DNA of 64,000 bases from Bugula neritina. Its lineage: Eukaryota; Animalia; Bryozoa. The notes below the pieces were generated by a model, which saw nothing but the letters and a program-made list of their open reading frames with translations, was not told where the DNA came from and did not search any database. The first letter of the stretch is position 1. The number at the start of each line of letters is the position of its first letter. Positions 13,001 to 25,000 of the stretch are shown in pieces. The position numbers were made by a program, and so were the translations under genes. The stretch is from the NCBI GenBank assembly GCA_964035545.1, contig OZ037769.1:6987929-7051928 (forward strand). The letters are read 5' to 3'.

Positions 13001-16000
13001 ATTCATGACTGCGCAGGTGATAGCAAGTGATAGCAAGTGACACAACAGACAAATACTAGAATAAGTACATACACAATGCCAAACACCATCAAAACAAGGG
13101 TTATCATAACATAAAAGCATTACTGGATTATAGGTTATCTACCAGTTCAATACCAGCAGCTCATAGATGAGTATGCTAGATCACTCATACAATACGATAG
13201 TTTATTCAAACAGAAAGCCACAGAAGTATCTATATTTAGATAGCAAGGTTTAAACAATGCCACTGCTATTGATGAATTTTACTGGACACAATTTTCATGA
13301 CGTCATATCTTAGTCATGAACTCGGGACGTATTGCTTAGTATTCCGCGTGTATTACCAGCCACACGCTTTATATAAATTGAGTGGTTCAATGAGTAGCAT
13401 TAGTAGCAGATCTAACCTTGATTCTAACGTTACACTACAGAACACCAGGAGTACCCAATACAACAGAAATGTAAGTTACAAGCTAGTCACAATAGAAGGC
13501 TTAGCTCTAGGCTAACATAACCTGTTCATTACTGTTTTTTACAAACATTTGGTTTTTTCTTAAACTTTCTATCATAAGTAAATTGGCAAATCAACATACT
13601 ACTTGAAATTAGTCCAGCGTCAAAACAGAACTGACAAAAGGTCAACTTGGCAATTTCATTCTCCTGGTACACAGGTATGCTCTTTATGTACTCAACAGTA
13701 GCTCCTTACACCTGCTGTTGAACCTTTCTGTCTCATACAGTATCATGATTTATGAGTCTTAAAGTATTTTTATTACCCTAAAATGTCAACACTGCTATTT
13801 TCGCTGTTATTGAACGTGTAGAAAATAAATAACAGTTTCATTTATGAGAATGGCTACTCTAATACTGCAAACAGTGCTAGCCACTGAAATGGAATATTTA
13901 TTTTAACTCAGAGGTGCTGGCTTAAAATTGCATGAGTGAACCAAGGTGAATAGTTAAATTAGGATAGAAATTTTATAGTCACATTATTGAATTTTATAAT
14001 TAATTCATATTACTTTATGGGATGCTGGTTTTTGGAGGAAGAGGTGGTTTGTAGGACGCAGGTGCAGTAATAGACAAATAAGGAAAACATTGTTTTTCTA
14101 AATGAATTTAGGTATTTTAAAAGTTAGGTTTTCATGGTGTTCAAGCTACGTCCCAAACCATAGTTCAGGAAACAATTGAAGAACTTAGGCTATTGAAATT
14201 TTCCCCAGAATGGTTCTATAAGCAGCTCCGAGTTAGGGGTGACTGAGTGTAATAGTTTGGGTTCTGCGGATTGGAGTTGGAGCTTCCACTAAACCCCCAA
14301 CTCTGAACTACAGAACCCTAAACTATTGCACTCATTCACCCCTAACTTGGAGCTGTACTTAATTCAGTGTGAAATATGAGCTGGGGACATCGAAATTTTT
14401 CCAGGAAGCTTACAAATATTTATAAAACCATAAAATACTTACGTGCCATTTCACATACGATGTAAATGCAATGCTAAAACAGTACACTGCAGTGTTATGC
14501 AACTGTGTCATGTCGTATTGTAATGTGTAAGAGTGCAATGTCTGAAAGATGACACAATGTTTCAGTGCGACACCCCAACCCTGACACCAACATGACACCA
14601 CAGTGAATAATATGAGGATGCAATAGCCTTCAATTCCTTCTCAAATCTATTTTCCATCCAGACACCACAATCAATGATTATTTAAAAATGAGCTAATAAC
14701 ATTTGGGTGTTGTATTATATTTTTCTATTGAAATGTGTTGAGAAATGACTCATCTACTGAATAGGCCAATGAGCCTGAAGAAGATAGAGCACCTGATTTA
14801 GAATGTCATTTCACAAGTAACCTATTGAAAGGTGTAGAATACTGCTATTATGTAAACTTATCTCATATATATTGTATACTCAGCAGCCTATGTGATACAA
14901 CTCTGCACATTCTTGTAGTCATAGCCAACTAGGCAATAAGAGTACACTACTGTTTAGAGCCAAAAGCAAGTCTGAGATGGGAGCAAATAACTCCAAGTCG
15001 CCAGACCAGAAGAGACACCGTGCGAAAGATGAAAACGGCGGACATGATGTTGTAAGAAACAAGCATGTGAATGACAAGAACTCAAACAGATTAACGCACC
15101 AGGAAGCTCATCGTCCAGAAGGTAAACTCAAGTGTGATGACAATTCACCGAAAGCTGTGAAAATTCCAAACGGGCAGAAAACTCCACATGCCGAGCATAT
15201 ACATAAAGGAAGTGCACCTTCTCCCCGCTCTACATCACACTACGTCAATCACTCACCATCAGGAGGCAGAGCTAGCTACCTGGCAGCGTCCGCAGGAGAT
15301 CCGCGATCTTCAAGGAGACAGCGTAGGGCTAGTGACTCCTCTGATGATGATTATCTGGACGTACCACAGATCATAAGAAGGTACTGTTCACTGTCATACA
15401 TTCGGTACCACAGACTAGCTGTGTGTGTAACTCAACTGTCTGCATGTATGTAACTCTATCTCTCTGTTATATACCAATATCGCTAGAAGCAGCACTGAGT
15501 TGAGGTGACTGAGTATTTGTAAACACTCCTAACCCCAACTCCAGACTCAAAACTCCCCCAAAACAATGTGCGTAGTGACCACCAACTGGTGCTGTTTCAA
15601 GCGATTTTAGTTATGTACAGGCAAGGAAAAGCGACATAATAATTATTGTGAAAAATTACAACCACTTTCTCATTCTAAGGGACAGCGAAATTGCTTATTG
15701 AATAACTTTGCAGGTTTTCTCCTATTTTTCAAATAGAACTACGTATTGAAACATTAGTTCTGCATACAACTCTGCTAGAGAACTAATGACTGTTTATGTT
15801 GAACTTTCAGTGTTCCAGAGAACGAAGGCAGAGTCAACGTAAGAGACAGAATCTCACAATTCACAGAAACCCAAACACAACACACCAGACTCAGTGGGAC
15901 ACCCCCTTCATCTAGTCATGTGACCTCCGCCAGTAATATGCAGAGAAAGGTGAGTAATGGGTTGGGTTAGAATATCGCTAGCATAGTGAGTAGTAAAGTG

Positions 16001-19000
16001 AATGAGTGAGTAGTACAGTGAGTAGTATAGTGAGTAGTAGAGTGAGTAGCACAGTGAGTAGTATAGTGAGTAGTATAGTGAGTAGTACAGTGAGTGAGCT
16101 ACTCCCGATCAGTGATTGTCTGAGAGTGACCGACAGTTGCGAAGTTGAGGCTAAGAGTCACCCCAAACCAGTTAGTAGTTCAATGTAAGACCTACTTGGT
16201 CAAACATTTAATTTTCCAAGAAATATTTGAGTGGACAGCATTGTAATGAATTACAACACTCAATCGTAGCCACTGTGTAAAGTTTAAGAAATTATTCCTT
16301 TACTAAATAGGGCAGTGACCCAAATACAGGACACCACAGTCACGTAGAAGCAGGCCCACTACCTGTAGCCACCAAACCACATGTAGCACAACATCACTTA
16401 CAAGAAAACACAAGGTGGGTTGGTACAAGTAATATTTTACACAATATATTATATTAAAGAACTTTAAATTGTGAATTATTAACACTTAATTCAGTAATTG
16501 AATAGTTTTAAATTGATGAGCTAAAAGTAAACTCAGTTCAAAGCGTGAACATTATGTAAAGTTAGTATGCTTCAGCATATTTATGTTAACATATATAGAA
16601 TGTACGTGTTATATTATATTGAGAATAGCATGCAATAAACTATACTAACTATACTCTATAGCACGCTAGGCAATAAGCATGCAATAGTATAACTAGCATG
16701 ACATATATTGTATAACACCATCACAGTACATGCTTAGGTGACAATTGTCTATATTATAGTGTAACTAGAAACTAGTATTAGTGTTGCACATGTCTATAAT
16801 TACTATGTTTATAATAACATAACATATATAATTGAAGTCAATAACATTTTAAATTAGTATACTGCATAATAGAGAAGTTATATCATATATACTAGATGTT
16901 AGAAGCTAGAGAATCCATCATTTGAACCATATTTTCAAAAAATACCGAACTTATGCATATAAAAACCAAATACAAGTCTAAATGGCTTTTCTCTGGATGA
17001 TATGCACATTAATAAGGTGCAGTAGAGGAGAAATTTCAATACCCCAAGTTTTTCTTAATTTTCTTGATAAATTATGGTGAAACTTCTGAGAATTTAATAT
17101 ACAAAGAGCTACATTTTCAAACTAGTCTACTGTGTGTAAAGCTAATACATTCATATCCACAATAACTCTGCAGGGGATCAGATGATTTTCCTGGTAATTC
17201 TTCAAAAGACTGGGAAGCGGAGAACTCCCCCTTACCACCAGTAGACTATGACAACAGGAAACAGGCTACAAGGATGAACACCTTGGAGTACTTAGACCAG
17301 GTGCCAAGAGAACAAGCCCTACTAAAAGGGGTGAGTGAGGTGACACCGTCATTAGAAGATAATAGTAGCAGCAGAATCATACTAGTCTATTGGGAAAAGT
17401 TGCTTCCCTTCGATAAAACACACAAAGAAATCAGTTAGAATAAAGAAAAGTTTAAAATGGACACATTTGCTTTAGTTTCACTCCATTTACTCATTATATA
17501 ATTATTATCTCATACGATGACTTGAAGCACAACAAATCTCACAGTGCATTTAATAACTTGTATAATATTTTTTGTTTTAGTTTGAAAAAGCAAAACCTGC
17601 AGCAAGGAACAAAAAGGTAAACAACTCTTGAGAATATATCTGCGAAGATAATGGTCTATACTTTATAGTCTATAGTACAGAGTGTCTATACTAAATAAGA
17701 TAGGGAAATAAACTCAAAGAGAGTGTCTAAAGTTAACATGTGGAATAATTTTGCAGCATAGAAACGACGTTTCTGTGAATTACAGGGTGTATCTCCACAG
17801 AACAGATTTCACAAGCCCAAGCACCTGAGGGACGAGCAGCTGCGACCTCAGAGCATGTTTGAACCGTCCCTCTACTCCAGTGACCTTGACCTGTCTAAAG
17901 AACTAGAGACAGAACAGCTGGCCTCTATTAACAACAGAACTGGACAGAAATACGCGTGAGTACTGAGTACTGCAGTGAAATGCAGACTAGAGTATAACAG
18001 ATTAATACGTCACGTAACTGTATATATACTTGACTGGCTGATGGAGAAATATTACTATCTTTTACAGAATTGACGACACGGCGTATGAGACACTCTCCAG
18101 GAAGAAGAAAATAGCTGGGCAAAGACTACCGTAAGTAAAAATTACACAAACAGTAGCATCAATAGAGAAGTAGGGTTTTGAGAGAACAAAATAAATGGAA
18201 GGGAAAATTGTTAGTTGTGAATGTGTATGGTAAGAGTTTCTAACTCTTATAAGGCTGTCCACATTTCACGCCTTAGCTTTGTGTGACTTTCACGCAGTTT
18301 CTGTATTCTGATGTGATTTCTTTAGAATCGGTGAAGTAGATGAACAAACAGAGAGCAACTTTTTGAAGTGTGAGTATACACTGTGTTATTTATTATACAG
18401 TAGAGTAATGTAATATTATACAGTATAGTAATATAATATTATACAGTATAGTAATGTAATATTATACAGTATAGTAATGTAATGTCATACAGTAGAGTAA
18501 TGTAATATTATATAGTATAGTAATGTAATATTATACAGTAGAGTAATGTAATATTATACAGTATAGTCATGTAATATTATACAGTATAGTAATGTAATGT
18601 CATACAGTATAGTAATGTAAAGTTATACAGTATAGTAATGTAATATTATACAGTATAATAATGTAATATTATACAGTATATTAATGTAATATTATACAGT
18701 ATAGTAATGTAATATTATACAGTATAGTAATGTAATATTACACAGTATAGTAATGTAATATTATACAGTATAGTAATGTAATGTCATACAGTAGAGTAAT
18801 GTAATATTATACAGTATAGTAATGTAATGTCATACAGTAGAGTAATGTAATATTATACAGTATAGTAATGTAATATTACACAGTATAGTAATGTAATATT
18901 ATACAGTATAGTAATGTAATATTATACAGTATAGTAATGTACTATTATACAATATAGCAATGTAATGCCATACAGTATAGTAATGTAACAACAAATATCA

Positions 19001-22000
19001 ACTAGTAAAGTAGCCTAGCTTCATCATCAGTGTGAAACTATTGACAGCATTAAAGAGGAACATCAAACTGAGACAAGCCAAGCAGCAGAAGAATGTTGAT
19101 AGGACGGATGCAGGAGGATTTCAAGATAGACTGGGAGATGTAGTATTCTAGACCAGCACACGGTTAGGCAGAATTCCTAGGAATATAAGCAGGGAACCAA
19201 GGCTACCCGACTACGACCAGGAATATAGAGGGCAGGAAATGAAATGCATATCATATTCAAGTTGAAACCTCAATGAGTCACCATGTTGGACATGTGTAGT
19301 ATCCCAGCGTCACATTTTGCCAATTATAGAATTAATTGTGAGTTTTTGTGAGTTTATAATCACATTAAAACTATGTTTCTTTAATTTTACTTACAGTATA
19401 TTACATCACACCACAATACTCAGACACTGTAGTGTTATAACATTACCAGTATGCAAGTATAATTATATACTTCATCATATCCTATTGCTACATTATTATT
19501 AATACATGTATATTTATTCATATTGCACAACACTATTTTGTGTGTTTATATATTTTCTTATAATCTAGTCTCATAACACTGCTGTGAAATTCCTTCAAAT
19601 ACATCTGTTATAATTAGTTTAGCTACAGTTTATTTACAATACATCTATCAAATGAAAATCATGCTGCTATGCTGTGAAACATATCAAAGGGTTTGCTTGA
19701 TGTAATTCTATATCTGGAATAGTGAAAGCTTAGTTAGGCTGTCACCTTTCTCTAACCTTGACCCCTAACTACCTTCAGTGAGCATAGCTATCTTCTACCA
19801 CATACAATCGCATACAACACGTTCCCCAACACACTTATGCAAACACACTAGCAGGCTCTCACACTCTTGCACATACATACGTATGATCTTATGATGAAAA
19901 TACTACTATTGTGCCTGAAGACATGATTAGAATCCTGTTAGACTTACTTTGTCCTTATAAGATGGAGGAATGAGACGGTCAGTCTCCGCGGGGGTTGGCA
20001 GGTGGATGTAAAACCCAACTATGTCCCCCTTCTTGTACCCCTCCTCAGCAAAATGCTTGCCTCGACTTTCGTGGAACTTTGTACCCTTCAGTGACCTCCA
20101 AGAGTACCCAAACTTGTCATAACCTAGAGGTGCTTGCAGGTTTCCTAGCAACAGAGAAACATATACAGGAATAAATTACACTCGCCCAACCACTACCTGT
20201 GATAAAAAACATTGTTCCATCAAAAACAAGTGTACTATCAAAATCAGTACTAATGCAAATAATAACTTTACATTAACCGTTTCCTTAGAATATCAATCAG
20301 AAGTTGGTAGAGATATGTATATCTGCCGCAGGTAGAATATAGAATGAATTTTCTAGGAGAGCAGAATATGCAAGTGAGCAATGCTCTAGAGTGCATTTAA
20401 TGTGAGCTAGTAGATTCTACGGGTAACAATATCGGAACAAAAGCTTTTACAAGTTTTACCAGTAAGGGCTTCATTGCCGAAAATTTAGTATTCGGTTTAG
20501 TAGCTCCAACCTGCAAGCACTGACTTATTGAATGCATAATGGAAAAATATATTATTGCACTTAGGTAACTGCATAACATAATTTAAGAAATTAGGAGACA
20601 CCACATTTAACTTCTCTACTTGGCATCACAAGTTGAGTGAGTTATAGTCACGGTCTACTTGTATTACTGTAAACTGGGAGAGGAGTGTTAACAGGGGTTA
20701 CCTAAATGTTGAGACCAGCCAATCCTAGTAGCTGAGTCTACAGGCATGTCGTCTATATTCACTTCAAAATACCAGCTGCCTCTGTTCACCCCTACAACAT
20801 AATCACAGGCAGTAAGTCAGGAAACATGCAGGACTATTTCTGGGATAACTCCTAAATTGTAATTCCTTACGTATATTTCGAACCCTTGCCCTCAATTGAC
20901 TTGCTAGCTTCGCTGACTGCACTGATAAACAAGCACTATTGCTGACGAGATGCCGTCTAACAAGTTTATTAGTCGACGACAGTTGATGCTTTCAGTTCTG
21001 GTGTTTGCATAATTTTCAAAGCAAAAAGTACATTTGAAGATGAGTCATATTTATGCGGCACTAGTTGCTTTAATATTCACTTTTTCTATTCAGTATATGA
21101 TTGATTTGTAAAGGCACTTTTTATTTTAGTAAATTATTACACTAGAACATAGTTGAATCTAATCACCATCAATTTGAGTCTCAACTAAACCTGGTGACCA
21201 GAAGTAGCAGTGAAGAAGTTGCGGTATACTACTGTAGATCATAGCTGAGTCATTGTCTACATCGGGGCTGCCTAACAGGCAGCCCCAAGGCCAAATGCAG
21301 CCCTAAGCCTACATTTATGTGGCCCTCAAAGGTATGAAAAATAAAATTCTTTTACACACATATATGAATTAGAGTGGAAAAACTATCTTTTAAATTTCTT
21401 ATTAATATACATGCTAAAAAACATGCAGCCTGCAGTAACTATTGGGACTTCATTGTGTAATGATTCATAGGAATTTGGAATAAAGTAGTTTGAAAAATAC
21501 TGATGCTATTGCTCCCAGACCAAGCTAAATTTTTCAATGAGGCCCTCGCCAAGGAATGTTGCACTTCAGTGGCCTTCGCTCTGGAAAGGTTGGACACCCC
21601 TGATGTATTTGTCATAAGAAAACTTTTAAATGTTATTGTTGATACTCTGATAGCAAATATTCCAACTACTAACTAGTAGGTACATTGAAGATTGGTATTA
21701 GTAAGTGGGTTGAGTTATTTCATTCACAGCCTGCATCTTCGGAAGATGCCAATAACTAGTCTGTTTGTTAAACATCAAAGAGTATTAAGCAATAATAACC
21801 AGCATATATATAAGTTTTCTTCTGTGACCACTACTCTGTTCTAACTGGTAGCAAAGACTATAAACCTAAACCAATGTGCAAGTATGGCAACATTCTGCTT
21901 GGATAGACAACTCCGAAGACGTGAGAGAGCTGTAGCTAAAAAAGGTCTGTATATTTTCCTATCAACTATGTTTAGCTTAAAACACCGGCAAGGCAACTCC

Positions 22001-25000
22001 ATCTTATCAGATATATCTGAGAATTACAATTTAAAGGCCTGGCCTCACGCTCGTGAGAATCACACGAAATCGTCTGTTTGACACGAAAATACAAACGTAC
22101 GATCAAATTTGAAAGAATTCAAACGAAATCGTCTTCGTTGGGTGCACCCAAAGAAAATAATAGACGAAAAATCGCAATTAACAATAAGCACCATTTGATT
22201 GGTCAATAGAATTTTAACAACAGTAACTATTTCATTTCTACCACGTTTCTCTGTTTGGCAATTTTCTGCTGTTTGTATCTTGTGCAAGACTCATTCACGG
22301 ACTATTTATTATGTGGTTCGTTCGACGAGTGTGTGGCTGGTCATAACGAGAGGATAACTCACGAAAATCGTCACACGAGTTTCGTGTAATTCTCACGAGC
22401 GTGAGGCCAGGCCTTAAAACTAAAACCGTACGTAATGAGATTACAAAACAATATTTTAATAATATACTACGTCACCAAGTGATCACCTAATCACCACGTA
22501 GCAACTAGTCACCATATGACACATTGCGTCATTTTTTCATATCTTGTTTAGAAAATTTCATCAACTGGCAATAGAGTTGAGTTGGTATAAACACTACAGA
22601 ACTTCTTAGAGTCGAGTGAACACCCACCCAGACAGACAGACGAGTGATATACTATCTTACCATGAGTGGCCCGCACCAACGAGTAACCCTTGTCACCGAC
22701 CACAGACATCCTGTCCTCACTGATCTTCAGCTGACTCGCTAGAAACAGGAAATAGACGACTTGCAGCAGATAGGATACACAGCAGCGCATTTGAATATTA
22801 TAAGAGTGTCAAGACCTGATGGGTCGGTGTGAAGATTTGGTTTTTAAATTTAAAATTTCAAGCAAGCTCCATAATTAGGTTATGCATTGTATGATTGTAG
22901 CAGCTAGGAACAGCATGGAATTTAAATCAACAATAGTTACTATTATTTTTATAGAAATTCAAAGTAAACTCAAGATGTGTGCACAAAATTTATTATAAAA
23001 CACAAGTGTTTAGGCACACAGCCCTTAAACAGTCTGTAGATATTAGCCAAGATATCCGTAGCTACATATTTTAATAATGCATAAATTCAACATGTCAGGG
23101 ATTATTTAATACATATTAGTGCTAGTGCTAGTGTTTTGAAGAAACTACAGTTTACTATCACATGGCAACTTTTCCCATCATTCAATACTCTAAGTACAAG
23201 AGAGACAATGTGTAATGCATAGTACCTCTGTCTTGCACAGCCAACATTACATGGTTACATATAAAAAGGCGGTAGAATCGTGCTGGGACCATCATTGGTT
23301 TATTCAGCTGAGATTCCATTGATTCTTCAAAGGCCTGTCTGCCAGGTGTGTGGGGGTCAGACTCAACTAGGATGTACCTGTAGCCGTCTTTGTTGTATGG
23401 GTGGTCTAGGGGCATACCACTGGGTACAAACCTACTTGTAGCCAGGGGGTCTCTGCCAATACAAAGAACAAGGTCGCTAGCTGCAGGTCACCATGAATCA
23501 CACAACATCAATACGATTCAGTCTCACAAGTTTCAAGTGAAACAAAGTGTAAGTTGTGAACGCATCGCTAGCCATTACAAATGTTTATATAGGCAAATAA
23601 TCTTATTGTGAAAAAGATACTAGACAGCAGGAATATGATCCTTTGTCCAAAGTAAAGATTGCATGACGTATTCATTTAATCAAAGCCTCTTACACATAAA
23701 ATGGAATAGAAAACATTAGAGTATAACTATCACAGTATAACTATCACAGTAAAACTATCACAGTAAAACTATCACAGTATGATTGTCACATTGACAGTCA
23801 CTTAGCAAGCAACTCTTAACCAGATGTAACACAGCAGGGAGTGTGATGAGCCTAATTAGTGGTCAGTGAGAGAAGATGCACCAACTATTCATGCAGCAAG
23901 ACAAGCAGCTGGAATCAAACATACACATCACCCATATTGATGTACATTCACTCATTAGACTTAGGTGAGATGCACTCACGATGGGATGCGGGAAGGGGCG
24001 CTAATCATCACAGACTGCCTAAATGCTGATTTACAAAATTCTTAAAAAGTGTAAACGGAGGGTTCAAAATATTGGAGCTACGTTCTCATGTCAAGTGAGC
24101 ATGCAACTCCAAAAATAAAAATCAATGTAGAGATGAACATAAAATTATATAACATAGCTAGCAACATGGAGCTACCTGACTGTTTCATGACACCTGCAAA
24201 TGTATCAAATGTAATGTTAGCATATAATAGAACATGCATTCCTTTGTTATCACAATAACAAAAAGGTGTGATTAACACATTAATAAATATAATACTGTTA
24301 GCACAGGAGTTTGAAATCAGGTTAGATCAGGCATGCCCAAATGTTTTGAACTATGGGCTAAAATCTGACGCCTAAAGAAGGCCACAAAATATACTTTAAA
24401 ACAATTAGGAGAGTAATGAATTGATGGTCGATAACAGAATTCATCAACCCTCTAGTAATATTGAGTAAAGTCCCAGGAAAAAGGAATCCAAAACATGGAT
24501 TTAAATTCTATATACAACTACAATTCATTGAGCGTGAAAGGTTACACTCCTGGGTGGGCAACTACTTGGGCACCCCTGCTTTAAATTATATTACAAAACT
24601 CCAGCAACTTGAAAGGTCAAGGTGAAAAGTGTCACTCACTTGCTACGAGATTTGCCAACAGGGGGCGTCAACTCAGACTGTTTCTCATTAACTGCTTTTC
24701 TCTTACTAACTCTGCTAGGGGGAGGCTGTGCTTGCATGTCGGCAAGCTTAAAGTCCTTGTAGTTGGGGCCAATCACAGAGAGGTCCTAAAGAGAAACTCT
24801 GTTCATATTACACAATACACATTACATATAACTTATACTATTAAATACACATTACACAATATCAATATAACCTATACTATTTAATTCATATTATACAATA
24901 TACATATAACTTATACTATTAAATACATATTACACAATATACATATATCTTATACCATTCAACTCCTATTATACAATATACATATAACTTATACTATCTA

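Noticed and set aside
17757-17785. Upstream acceptor (ttgcag, 17756) for nested-gene exon 6
   Set aside because: It gives an in-frame TGA; the acceptor at 17785 keeps the frame open.
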